A stretch of 64,000 bases of DNA, taken from the NCBI GenBank assembly GCA_963716725.1, contig CAVQUB010000008.1:160001-224000 (forward strand), written 5' to 3'. Shown here piece after piece: positions 28,498-37,963 of this stretch. The DNA comes from an uncultured delta proteobacterium (GTDB lineage Bacteria; Myxococcota_A; Polyangia; Polyangiales; Polyangiaceae). Both the position numbers and the translations under genes were made by a program. Every line of letters starts with the position of its first letter. The stretch's first letter is position 1. The notes beneath the pieces were generated by a model. It searched no databases. It saw only the letters and a list, made by a program, of their open reading frames with translations, and was not told the origin of the DNA.

Positions 28498-29907
28498 ATG
28501 CGGATCACCAGGGCGGCGGTGGTGTTTTCGGCGGCGGGTTACGTGCTGTCGGGCTGCGGTGCCCGGACCGGCGACGATCTCTTCGGGGACGCTACCGGCG
28601 GCGTCGGTGCCAGCGGCGGCGTCGGTGCCAGCGGCGGGTTTGGCGGCGGTGGGTTCGGAGGCGGCGGGTTCGGTGGCACGCCCTTCGGAGGCGGCGGGTT
28701 TGGCGGCGGTGGGTTCGGCGGAACGCCCTTCGGAGGCGGCGGATTCGGTGGCGGCGGGTTCGGCGGCACGCCCTTCGGCGGCGGCGGATTCGGCGGCGGC
28801 GGATTCGGTGGCGGTGGGTTCGGCGGCGGCGGGTTCGGCGGCACCTCCGGCGACTGCTGCGTGCAGCACGCATTTCCGGGCTGCTCCAATCAGTACGTCG
28901 CGGCCTGCGTGTGCAAGCAAGATCCCTATTGTTGCCAAGAGCAGTGGGACGGCGTGTGCGTGGATGAGGTCGACTCCCTGGGCTGTGGCAACTGCGGTTC
29001 CGGCGGATTCGGTGGCACTCCTTTCGGTGGCGGCGGATTCGGTGGCACTCCTTTCGGTGGCGGCGGATTCGGTGGCACTCCTTTCGGTGGCGGCGGATTC
29101 GGCGGCACGCCCTTCGGTGGCGGTGGCACGGGCGGCGGACCCAATTGCGGCGGCGTGCCCTGTCCTTCGAAGCAGGTCCCCAACACTCCGATCACCTTGC
29201 CGGGCTGCTGCCCTCCCACTCCGCCCTACGCGTGCGGCCTCGATACGTCGCCGATCTCCCAGTACGTGCCGCTGCCGAACGCGTGCATGCAGAAGAACCA
29301 ACCGGGCAAGATCGATCCCTCTTGCCCGCAGCAGCCAACGCCGGTGGGACAGCTGCAAGGGTGCTGCAAGCCGAGCGGCATCTGCGGAACTTGGTTCGGC
29401 GCCATCGACCTGGGCTGTGTCGAGACCTGGCAGTACGGCGGTCCGCCGCCCGTGAAGTGCGGCGGTGGCAGCGGTGGTGCCGGTGGCGCCGGCGGTGCCG
29501 GCGGCTTCGGCGGCTTCGGCGGCTTCGGCGGCTTCGGCGGCTCCGGTGGCAGCGCCGGTTTCACGGGCGATTGTTGCGCTACTCAGCAGGGCCCTGGGTG
29601 CGGCGATCCGAGCGTGTGGCAGTGCGTGTGCCCGAAAGACTCGTACTGTTGCACCAGCAACTGGGACAGCATCTGCGTGGAAGAGGTCACCAGCCTGGGC
29701 TGCGGCAAGTGCGGCAGCGGAGGGTCGGGAGGTGTCGCTGGTGGTGGCGGGACGGCCGGGGTCGGCGGCGCGCCGCTCTGTAATCCGTCGTTCTGTCCCA
29801 AGCCGGGACCCCTGCAGCCCTGCTGCGTCTCGTCGAACGGACCTTGCGGAGTTGTCACGCCCAATGGCTGTCTGCCGTACTCGTTTGGCGGAGCCGGCGG
29901 GCAGTGA
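28498..29907 (+). CDS. Gly/Phe-repeat, Cys-rich lipoprotein with two ten-Cys modules
   Basis: Lipobox LSGC-GAR; GGGGF and GGTPF repeats; two CC..C..CVC..D.YCC..WD..C..EV.SLGC..C modules. Confidence 0.8.
   Translation: MRITRAAVVFSAAGYVLSGCGARTGDDLFGDATGGVGASGGVGASGGFGGGGFGGGGFGGTPFGGGGFGGGGFGGTPFGGGGFGGGGFGGTPFGGGGFGGGGFGGGGFGGGGFGGTSGDCCVQHAFPGCSNQYVAACVCKQDPYCCQEQWDGVCVDEVDSLGCGNCGSGGFGGTPFGGGGFGGTPFGGGGFGGTPFGGGGFGGTPFGGGGTGGGPNCGGVPCPSKQVPNTPITLPGCCPPTPPYACGLDTSPISQYVPLPNACMQKNQPGKIDPSCPQQPTPVGQLQGCCKPSGICGTWFGAIDLGCVETWQYGGPPPVKCGGGSGGAGGAGGAGGFGGFGGFGGFGGSGGSAGFTGDCCATQQGPGCGDPSVWQCVCPKDSYCCTSNWDSICVEEVTSLGCGKCGSGGSGGVAGGGGTAGVGGAPLCNPSFCPKPGPLQPCCVSSNGPCGVVTPNGCLPYSFGGAGGQ
28597..29140 (+). 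repeat. Coding tandem repeats (15-bp GGGGF, 30-bp GGTPFGGGGF) flanking a Cys module
   Basis: Direct repeats such as ggtggcactcctttcggtggcggcggattc x3. Confidence 0.9.
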
Positions 29908-29910
29908 ACT

Positions 29911-30345
29911 TCAGTGGGTGACTGCCGGTCGCGGCGTGTGCTCGACGATCGACACCGGCCAGGCGGCGGGGTCACGTTGCCACTCGCCGCTGCCGTCCTC
30001 GCGCAGATCGACTCGGAGCTCGTAGTTGCCGACCACCGGCGGCACCGGCAGTCCGAGCGAACGCGTGCGAAAGCGCGGTGTCGCCGATTTGAACTCGAAT
30101 GGCTCGGTGTAAGACTCGAGCGCGACGTCACTCACCATGGCGAGGCGCACGTGAAACGTCCGTTGGATCTCCTTCGGCGCGATCAAGAAGTAGGCGTGGA
30201 GCTCGAGCGGCAAGAATCCGCCGGGTGGCTGCGGTGCGTTCGGAGGGATGTTCAGCTGCTCGACGAGATTGAACAGCGTGACGTTGTTCGAGTGCTGGTC
30301 CAGTGAAGAACCGCTCGAGACGGCGAGCAAGTAACAGCGGGGCAC
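29911..30345 (-). CDS. Hypothetical beta-sandwich protein (DUF6941-like), last gene of the sdh-like operon
   Basis: GTG start 2 nt after the sdhB-like stop; VPRCYLLAVSSGSSLDQHSNNVTLFNLVEQL...GNYELRV. Confidence 0.65.
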   Translation of the reverse strand: MPRCYLLAVSSGSSLDQHSNNVTLFNLVEQLNIPPNAPQPPGGFLPLELHAYFLIAPKEIQRTFHVRLAMVSDVALESYTEPFEFKSATPRFRTRSLGLPVPPVVGNYELRVDLREDGSGEWQRDPAAWPVSIVEHTPRPAVTH

Positions 30346-30347
30346 GC

Positions 30348-31082
30348 TCAGCGCCGTAGTAGCGTCGCGAGCCAGCGTCGAGTGGTCTCGCCTTCGAGGC
30401 TCAGGATCGAGTCGAAGAGCGGGATGCGCTCGGGGCACACCTCGACGCAAACCCGCGCCTTGCCGCACTTCGCCACGCCGCCGGCGTTCATGCTGGCGTC
30501 GAGGCGGGCGGGCTTTCGGGGTCCACCCGCCGAGAGCTCGTTGGCGAGCCGCGCCTCGTTGAGCGCAGCGGCACCCACGAAGCGCTTGCCGGAGGTCTCG
30601 GGGCAGGCCTCGAAGCAGGCCCCGCAATTCGTGCAGCGATCGATCTCCGACAATGCGAAGGTCGTGAGAGGCGCCGCGGCCGGGGGCTCGTCGAGCCAGG
30701 CGCCGAGCCGCTGCCCGGCGTCGCGCAGGGGGCTGCGGTCGACGATCAAATCGCGGATCAGGGGGAACTTCGACATCGGTGCGAGCACGATGGGGCCGCG
30801 CTTCGGTCGCACGCTCTCGACCGAAGTGCGGCACGCGACGGCTGCGTGCGCGTTCACCAAGATCGTGCATGCGCTACAGCGAGCCGCCCGACACGCAGAC
30901 TCGAAGGCGACCGGCGCGACCTGGTGTCCCTCGGTGGTCACAGGGTCGTCGGCGATAGCGTGCAGCAGAGTCGCGACGCTGTCTCCGCTTCGAATCTCGA
31001 CCGAGAAGTCTTCGAAGCGTCGGCTCTCGAGCGCACCGGGCGAGTCCTGACGCTGCACGCGGACCACGACTCTCTGGCTCAC
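30348..31082 (-). CDS. sdhB: Succinate dehydrogenase/fumarate reductase iron-sulfur subunit homolog
   Basis: CRAARCSAC..C, CTNCGACFEACP and CGKARVCVEVCP cluster motifs; FPLIRDLIVDRS. Confidence 0.85.
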   Translation of the reverse strand: MSQRVVVRVQRQDSPGALESRRFEDFSVEIRSGDSVATLLHAIADDPVTTEGHQVAPVAFESACRAARCSACTILVNAHAAVACRTSVESVRPKRGPIVLAPMSKFPLIRDLIVDRSPLRDAGQRLGAWLDEPPAAAPLTTFALSEIDRCTNCGACFEACPETSGKRFVGAAALNEARLANELSAGGPRKPARLDASMNAGGVAKCGKARVCVEVCPERIPLFDSILSLEGETTRRWLATLLRR

Positions 31083-32458
31083 GTGCCCTCCTTTTCCGCG
31101 ATGCGCCGTGCGAGCACCAGCGCAGCCTCGAAATCCCACCAGGCACGGAGCTCGGTATTGGCGGCGCGCGAGCGGTCGCGCAGGTGAACCTTCGCGGCCC
31201 GCTCTTCGATGTCGTCCAGAGTGCCCTTCAGCTCACCTCGAGCCACCACTGTTCTGAGGCGCTGACTCGCGGCATGAAGGGCATCGCCCTGGTCGTTGCG
31301 GGACAGCAGCGACGCCAGCGCGGTCTCGGCGCGCTTCCGGGCCGCCTTCGAACTCTTGTGCAGATCCTTCTCCCGGGAGCCGTCGCGGTAGCCTCCGATG
31401 GCGTCGGCCACGCGGGTCGAACCGTGAAGCGCGGCGAGCAGCGGCGTGCCCGGGAGCGTTCCGGCGCCGAAGTAGGCGCCGATCACCCCGCCCACGGCGT
31501 AGAGCCCCGGGACGGCGGTCGCGTGGTCCGTCGAGACCTCGAGCCCGCCCAGGGTGCGATCCGGCGCGGCCATCACCACGATGGGCTCCGAATAGGGATC
31601 GGCGCCTGCGGCCTGCGCGTAGGCCTCGAGGGCGGAGCCCGCGGCGCGGCGCAGCGGCGCGCGGTCGAGCCGGGTGAGGTCGAAGAGGCCCGCGTCGAGG
31701 TCGGCGTTCATGCTTTCGAGTCGACGCGGCAGTCGGCGCACGAAGCCGGCGGCTCGGTAGCAGAGCGGATGCACGCTCACGCTTCCTGGCGCCACCACGC
31801 TCGCGCCACGTCGCAACGCGAGCCCCGTGACTCCGCCGAGGCCGCCCGGCGCGAGCGTATCGTGCATGAAGAGCCCGGTGTGACCGCCGCTCGCCAGGCA
31901 GACGCCGTTGGCTTCGAAGCTGCGGAGCTCACCGGTCGCGAAGCACTGCGCGACCACGCCGCAGGCACTTCCGTCGTCGTCGAGGACGAGATCGACCACG
32001 GTCCAGCCAACGTACCGATGGAGTTGGCCCGAGACCTCGTATTTGGCCAGCAGGGCCGAGAGCCGGCGGCTGAGATGTCGAGCCGTCATGCTCTCAGCGT
32101 GAACGCTGCGCGCCACGCTGGAGCCTCTCAGCTGCGACAGTACCAGGTCGCCGTCGCGCTCGCGTTCGAAGGGGATCTCGAGGCGTTCGAGGCGCTCGAG
32201 CTGGGCCGACGCTCCGTTGGTCATCGACTCGAGAAAAGGGCGCGAGCCTGGGCCCGCGAGGGCGAGCAGGTCGTCGAGATGTCGGCTCGGGCTGTCGTCG
32301 GCGCCTCGTGCGGCGTCGAAACCATCATGGCGGTGGGTCGACTCGGTGTGTTCGGCCGGTTCGCGCGCCAGCAGCAACACCGGGATGGCGGCCGCCGCGA
32401 GGGCGAGCGCGGTGGCCTGGCCCGCGATGCCCTCGCCGACTACCAGCGCGGGCTTCAC
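31079..32458 (-). CDS. Short, catalytically degenerate SdhA-like flavoprotein (459 aa)
   Basis: VVGEGIAG Rossmann motif, LASGG, VHP, LGGL.V and VPGLYAVG; lies between sdhC and sdhB homologs. Confidence 0.8.
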   Translation of the reverse strand: MKPALVVGEGIAGQATALALAAAAIPVLLLAREPAEHTESTHRHDGFDAARGADDSPSRHLDDLLALAGPGSRPFLESMTNGASAQLERLERLEIPFERERDGDLVLSQLRGSSVARSVHAESMTARHLSRRLSALLAKYEVSGQLHRYVGWTVVDLVLDDDGSACGVVAQCFATGELRSFEANGVCLASGGHTGLFMHDTLAPGGLGGVTGLALRRGASVVAPGSVSVHPLCYRAAGFVRRLPRRLESMNADLDAGLFDLTRLDRAPLRRAAGSALEAYAQAAGADPYSEPIVVMAAPDRTLGGLEVSTDHATAVPGLYAVGGVIGAYFGAGTLPGTPLLAALHGSTRVADAIGGYRDGSREKDLHKSSKAARKRAETALASLLSRNDQGDALHAASQRLRTVVARGELKGTLDDIEERAAKVHLRDRSRAANTELRAWWDFEAALVLARRIAEKEGT

Positions 32459-33141
32459 GTGGTGCCCCAGGGCGCGGCCGTGCCGGTCGCCAGGTGGATC
32501 ACCGTGGTCGCGCCGAGGGCGAAGAGCACGGCGCTGAATAGCGCACAGGCGATCCGCAACCGCTCGAGGGATTTCAGCGAGCGCACCAGGCCGAAGCTGG
32601 CGCAGAACCCCACCACGCCGTTGCCCAAGTGGTACGCTGTGGCTGCGATCCCGATCAGGTACACCGCGGCGTAGAAGGGAACGCCGAGGGGTCCCGTGCT
32701 CGACAGGCTGGCCACGAGTTCGCCGTGCAAATCGGCACTCGCCGCCTGTCCAATCACGAGCTTCACGCGCGTCTGCCACAGATGCCCAACGACGAACAGG
32801 AGCACGACCACGCCGGTTGCGCGTTGCAGCACCCAGGCCAGGTTGCCCGAGTACGGGTAGGCAGAGACGTTCGCGCGTGACTTCGCGGTGAGGGCTAGTC
32901 CGACTCCGGCGTGGACCAACAAGGGTAAGCCGATCAGCAACGCTTCGATGGTCATTCGCGTCGGGGTGAGGCGCGCGAGCGCACCCGAAAACGCCTCGGG
33001 ACCACGCAACGCTTGGGTCATGGCCACCAGGTGCGCGACCACGAAGACGCCCAAGGGCACCACGCCGCACAGCGACATCACGCGCCGCTGCACGAATTCG
33101 CGTCGATTCGTCTCGACCAGAGGCGGTCGGTCTTCACTCAC
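32455..33141 (-). CDS. sdhC: Succinate dehydrogenase diheme cytochrome b558 subunit homolog
   Basis: SLCGVVPLG.F...HL, LQRATG and four TM His (VAHL, LVHA, VGHL, AYHL). Confidence 0.85.
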   Translation of the reverse strand: MSEDRPPLVETNRREFVQRRVMSLCGVVPLGVFVVAHLVAMTQALRGPEAFSGALARLTPTRMTIEALLIGLPLLVHAGVGLALTAKSRANVSAYPYSGNLAWVLQRATGVVVLLFVVGHLWQTRVKLVIGQAASADLHGELVASLSSTGPLGVPFYAAVYLIGIAATAYHLGNGVVGFCASFGLVRSLKSLERLRIACALFSAVLFALGATTVIHLATGTAAPWGTT

Positions 33142-33177
33142 GTCGATGGGGTCGACCGTATCGCAGGCAGGGTGGGC

Positions 33178-34303
33178 TCAGGAAGGCCCCTGGGTGGCAC
33201 AGCCAAACAGCACGTCGACTTGACCCTTGGTGTTCTTCACCATCGAGCAGGTGCTCGGGCAGAGCAGGATCTTGGTGGGGGCCGCGTCGTTGTCGTAGTA
33301 CCAGCCGTTGCCCGCGGCGGGGCACGCCGCCTGATTGGCGTATTTGGGCCAGGTCTCGGGCTGGCCGCCCAGCGGCGTGAACGTGACGTTCACCTTCTGG
33401 TGATCGACCACGCCGCCTTCGGGCGTCGGGATCAGGTACTCGCAGGCGAGGGCGGCTCCGCGGATCTTGTTGAGCGCGTCGATGAACTGCTGACCGACGT
33501 TGCCAGAGGTATCCACGATGAACGCGGCGTTCGTGCCGCCCGCTTGCGCGATCTGGTTCAGATTCGAGAGCGCCGAGCCGACGCCGATCACGAAGGTCAG
33601 GATCTTGGGTGAGCCGTTGACGCCCTGTTGCGCGATCCCCGAAGCAGCGCCCACGCTGCTCGAGCAGTCGTTGGGCTGCCCGTCCGTCGCGAGCACGATC
33701 ACGACGACGTGGTCGGGGTTCTTTATCGCGTGCGTCTGCGCATACGACAGCGCACCTTGCATCGCCGGCACGGTGGGCGTGCCGCCATTCGGGCTCGTGC
33801 CGCCCAGCGCGCCGATCACGCTGCCCGCGTTGCCCGGCAGCACATTGATGGGCACGCTCGGGTTCGAGTAAGTCGACGGCGAACACTGGGGCGAATCGGG
33901 GAAGAAGTCCAAACCCACGCCGATGCCCGCGGACTGCGAGTCGTTCACGAATGAAGTGATGGCGCTGACCGTGCTCGTCCACTTGCCGCCGCCCATCGAG
34001 CCGGACTTATCGAGCATGATGTAGATGTCGAGCGGGAGCGGTTCGGCCTTCTGCGTCTCCGTCGCGCAGGCGTTGCCGTCGGTCAGCGCCCCGTCGCCGC
34101 TCCCCGAGTCGATGAGCAAGCCGCCGCCGGAGCCGGTGGTCGCCCCGCTTCCTGATGAGCCAGCACCGGATCCGCCGGCAGCGGTCGCGCCACCGTCGCC
34201 CCCCGCAATGCTGCCTCCGTCTTCGGCCGCACCACACGCCACCGCCAACGCGATGCTGCCTGCCGCCGCCCTGAGCCGAGATCCCGACGAGTCGCTTGGC
34301 CAT
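33178..34303 (-). CDS. VWA-domain lipoprotein (apparent +1 frameshift in the signal peptide near 34277)
   Basis: MIDAS DKSGS, TPT and LATDGQP; AGGAGA RBS before ATG 34303; removing one base gives MAKRLVGISLRAAAGSIALAVAC. Confidence 0.8.
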
Positions 34304-34357
34304 GTCGTTCTCCTGCACACAGGGTACTCTAACGGCGCCGCCTGCGGCGCCCCGCCG

Positions 34358-36205
34358 ATGTCTCGTCCCTCCTTTCTGTCCACGCGGCAGATTTCCGTTC
34401 TTGTCGTCCTCGTTGCCATTGGCTGCGGCGGGTCGTCTGCGAACGGACATGCGCCCCAGGCCAACGTCGCGGCGTCGACCGCGGCGCAGAGAGAGTTCCG
34501 GGAGATCCACCGGCTTTGGACCACGTTGGCGCCCGAGCAGCGCGCGCGTCTCGGGCCCGCCCTCGACGCATTCGTGAAGCGTCACCCTGATGACCGGCGT
34601 GCGCGCCGGGCGCGGATCTACCGGGCTTGGATCCATGTTCAGCAGGGGCGCGTGGACGAGGCGCGTGTCCTGGTGAAGGAAGTTCGGGCGGGCCCCAGCG
34701 GCGTCGTTCGGGATTTCGCCGCGGTAGTCGAGGCGGCCATCTTGCTCAGGGAGGGCAAACCCGACCAGGCACTCAGCGTGCTGTCGCCGCTCGAGGGCAA
34801 GATCATCGATCCCGAAGAGCGATTCCTGTTTGGTGAGCAACGGGTCATCGCAGCCCTCGGTGCCCGCCGGCCCGCGCTCGCACTCCGCGCCATGCGCGAC
34901 TGGCTTGGCGAGACTGCGCCCGAAGAACGAGACGCCGTTCGCGGGCGGTTGCTGGAGCTCACCCGGCAAATCCCCGCCGAACCGCTGTTTCGCGCGTTCA
35001 CCGAGATGGAGGCGGAGAAGAGCGAGGTCACCGCCAATCCCGATCGTGCCCGCGCCCGCGAGTTCCTGATCCCGCTCACCGCTGAGCGGCTGTCGGAGCT
35101 TGCCATTCGACGCGGCGATGGCGGACTCGCCCGCAAGCTGCTCGACAGCGGTCATCCGGTCTTTCGGCGTGGCGTGCGCGGTCAAGAGCTCGCTCGCATC
35201 GCCGCAGCAGGTTCGGTGCTGCCGCGAGTCGTGGGCCGATCTCTGGGGCTCGTGCTCAGCATCGGGAGCGCGGAGCAGCGCCGTCGCTCTGCCCAGGCTG
35301 CTGCGGGGGTGGCGCGCGCGCTCGGTTTGCCTGCGTCGGCAGCCGAGCGTGACGCGGTGCAGCTCCTGACCAGCGAGGACGACGGTTCTGAACACGGCGT
35401 CGCGCATGCGCTCGCAGAGCTGGCGGGCGAGGGCGCGACTATTCTGATCGCCGGAGTCGACCCGCCAACGGCGGCGGCGGCCGCTCGGTACTCGGCGCAC
35501 ACCGGCATCCCGGTGTTGCTGCTGGCCGACGCAGCCCCCCGGGGCGGTCCGGAGCTGGTGCTGGCCGAGACCGCGGCGCGGGAGGCTCAGACCCTGAACG
35601 AGGGCGCGCGTGCCCTCGGCCTGGACCCCGCCGCTCGCGTCGGGCCCGAGGGAGTCTCCTGCGATGTCGCAGCGAGCGCCGCAGGGCAGCCGCGTTTCCC
35701 GGTTCAGCTCTGGAAGACCGAGCGAGTCGAGGGTGTGCTCGTGCAGGGCGATGCCGCGTGCGCCCGCGACGTCGCGCGCGAGTCTCAAGAAACGGGTCGG
35801 CGTGTGACCCTCGGGCTCGGGCTCGAGGCTGGCGAGGTGTTTGCGGTGCTCGATCCGTTGCAGCCGCGCTTCGCTCTGGCTGCGGGGTCGTTTCCAGATC
35901 GGCCCGGGGCTACTGCGCCGCAGGCTCAACAGAAGCTCGTGGCGCAGTCTGGTCACGCACCGAGCTGGTTCACCACACTGGGTCACGACGCTGCGCTGCT
36001 CGCGCAGGTCGCGCTCGGAGGCTTTCCGCTCGACCGGGCCGACGACGCTCGGGTCGTCGCGGAGCTGCACCAGCGCGCGGTGCTCGAGCTGTCTCGCGCC
36101 GAGGCTCCGCTTTGGTCCAGCGACAAGCGTGGGTTTTTCGGAGCGCGGGTCCTTCCGCGCACGCTCACGGCGGTGGTGTGGACTCGAGGCAAGGCGCCGC
36201 CATGA
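34358..36205 (+). CDS. Lipoprotein with TPR-like N-terminus and periplasmic-binding-protein-like C-terminus (LpoA/LppC-like)
   Basis: Lipobox AIGC; helical N-region; LGLVL...G, PSWFTTLGHDAA pattern. Confidence 0.6.
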   Translation: MSRPSFLSTRQISVLVVLVAIGCGGSSANGHAPQANVAASTAAQREFREIHRLWTTLAPEQRARLGPALDAFVKRHPDDRRARRARIYRAWIHVQQGRVDEARVLVKEVRAGPSGVVRDFAAVVEAAILLREGKPDQALSVLSPLEGKIIDPEERFLFGEQRVIAALGARRPALALRAMRDWLGETAPEERDAVRGRLLELTRQIPAEPLFRAFTEMEAEKSEVTANPDRARAREFLIPLTAERLSELAIRRGDGGLARKLLDSGHPVFRRGVRGQELARIAAAGSVLPRVVGRSLGLVLSIGSAEQRRRSAQAAAGVARALGLPASAAERDAVQLLTSEDDGSEHGVAHALAELAGEGATILIAGVDPPTAAAAARYSAHTGIPVLLLADAAPRGGPELVLAETAAREAQTLNEGARALGLDPAARVGPEGVSCDVAASAAGQPRFPVQLWKTERVEGVLVQGDAACARDVARESQETGRRVTLGLGLEAGEVFAVLDPLQPRFALAAGSFPDRPGATAPQAQQKLVAQSGHAPSWFTTLGHDAALLAQVALGGFPLDRADDARVVAELHQRAVLELSRAEAPLWSSDKRGFFGARVLPRTLTAVVWTRGKAPP

Positions 36206-36672
36206 ACGAGCCAAGGCTCGAAATCGAGCTACCGACCCGGCGTGCGACCACTCGGTTGGCGGCTCGCGTTGCGCCGCACCTCGAAGCGGGCGATCTCTTG
36301 GTGCTCTCCGGCGCGCTGGGTGCCGGCAAGACCTTCTTCGTGCGCGCTCTCTGCCGCGCGCTTGGGCTTCCGGCGAGTGTCCCGGTCACGAGCCCGACCT
36401 TCTCACTCATTGTCGAGCACGACACGCGACCTCCGCTGGCGCACGCGGACTTGTACCGCCTGTCCACCCCGAACGACGTCCAAGGCCTCGGGCTCGATCA
36501 CCAACGCGATGATGGCCGATTGGTCGTCGTGGAGTGGGGTGAGCCGTTCATCGCGCTTCTCGGCGGGGACGCCCTGATACTGGCGCTGGCCCTCGATCCG
36601 CGGCGCGCGAGTTTCAGCGCCACCGGCTCGCGCTCGCGGCGAATTCTGGCGGACTTGGCCCAAAGCGGTTAG
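36202..36672 (+). CDS. tsaE: tRNA threonylcarbamoyladenosine biosynthesis ATPase
   Basis: GALGAGKT, SPTF, HADLYRL and VEWG motifs. Confidence 0.95.
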   Translation: MNEPRLEIELPTRRATTRLAARVAPHLEAGDLLVLSGALGAGKTFFVRALCRALGLPASVPVTSPTFSLIVEHDTRPPLAHADLYRLSTPNDVQGLGLDHQRDDGRLVVVEWGEPFIALLGGDALILALALDPRRASFSATGSRSRRILADLAQSG

Positions 36673-36687
36673 GTGTCACGGCTGGGT

Positions 36688-37497
36688 ATGGCCGTGACGG
36701 CAGCGCAACAGACCGGGACGGGGCCGAGCGTGATCGGGGATCTGATCCGAACCCCGGTCGCCACGCTGGAGAAGGTTGGGCAGTTCGTGTTGCTCACGAC
36801 CCGCACGGTCAGCTGGATGATCCGGCCGCCCTACCGTCTCGGACAGCTGCTCTCGGCCATGGATTTCGTCGGGGTGCAGTCGGTGTTCATCGTCTCGCTC
36901 ACCGGCATCTTCAGCGGCATGGTGCTGACTCTTCAGACCGTGAACAGCCTGCGGCAGTTCAGCGCCGAAGGCAGCGTCGGCGCCATCGTCGCGATCTCAC
37001 TCTGCCGGGAGATCGCCCCGGTGTTCAGCGCGCTGATGGTGACCGCCCGCGCCGGAAGCGCGATGGCCGCCGAGCTTGGCAACATGCGGGTGACGGAGCA
37101 GATCGACGCGCTCGTCACCATGGGCGTGAGCCCCGTGCAGTACTTGCTCTCGCCGCGCATGCTCGCAGCCGTGTTGATGGGACCGCTTCTGTGCGTGCTC
37201 TACGGTTCTGTCGGCATGGTCGGCGCTTGGATCGTCGCCGTGAAGTGGCTCAGCGTCGATCCCGGCGTGTTCGTCGCCAACATCGAGCGCTACTTGGAGC
37301 TCAAGGATCTCTGGATGGGCGTGTTCAAGTCCGCGATCTTCGGCTTCTTGATCTCGGCCATCTCGTGCAACCAGGGCTTCTACGCCAAGGGAGGCGCCCG
37401 CGGCGTGGGCATCGCCACCACCAAAGCCGTCGTGCAAAGCGCAGTGGCGCTCTTGATCGCGAACTACTTCATCACCGATTGGCTCACTGCGTTGTGA
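36688..37497 (+). CDS. mlaE: MlaE-family ABC transporter permease
   Basis: REIAP, ARAGSAMAAELG.M..TEQIDAL and GGARGVG.ATT motifs. Confidence 0.93.
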   Translation: MAVTAAQQTGTGPSVIGDLIRTPVATLEKVGQFVLLTTRTVSWMIRPPYRLGQLLSAMDFVGVQSVFIVSLTGIFSGMVLTLQTVNSLRQFSAEGSVGAIVAISLCREIAPVFSALMVTARAGSAMAAELGNMRVTEQIDALVTMGVSPVQYLLSPRMLAAVLMGPLLCVLYGSVGMVGAWIVAVKWLSVDPGVFVANIERYLELKDLWMGVFKSAIFGFLISAISCNQGFYAKGGARGVGIATTKAVVQSAVALLIANYFITDWLTAL

Positions 37498-37516
37498 TAT
37501 CGATGGGGGGGTGGGC

Positions 37517-37963
37517 ATGAACACCGGAACTTTGCCGAGCGCGAAAGACGATGACGGCGACGACGTGCGCTGGGCGCTGGAGACCGCGAACGCCGTCTGG
37601 GCGCAGGGCGACAAACGCGCCGCGCTCTCCTGGGTGCGCCGCGCGGCCGAGGCAGCGGCGGAGGTGGGGTCGGACCAGCGTGCCGTCGAGTTGGCCAAGG
37701 CGGCCGCGGAGCTGCGCGCGGTGCTGGAAATTCCCCGGACCCTGCCGCCGCCAGCCCCGCCGTCGGCGGAGCCGTCGGAGATTCCGCAGCAGGCTCGCGT
37801 GCGTCACCACGCCGTTCGTGTCGCCGTGATGCTCTCCCCCGATCACGACGGAGCCTTTCTGGCGTGGCCGCTCAAGACCGGCGAAGCCGCACCGTCGAAC
37901 GCCCACGAGGCGTTGTTCGTCGCTCTCGATCCCGAGGCCGACCTGTTTGTGTTCAAGATGTGA
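37517..37963 (+). CDS. Hypothetical protein
   Basis: Helical N-domain (DDVRWALETA..W...A..W.RRAAEAA) seen in myxobacterial proteins; coding bias. Confidence 0.65.
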   Translation: MNTGTLPSAKDDDGDDVRWALETANAVWAQGDKRAALSWVRRAAEAAAEVGSDQRAVELAKAAAELRAVLEIPRTLPPPAPPSAEPSEIPQQARVRHHAVRVAVMLSPDHDGAFLAWPLKTGEAAPSNAHEALFVALDPEADLFVFKM

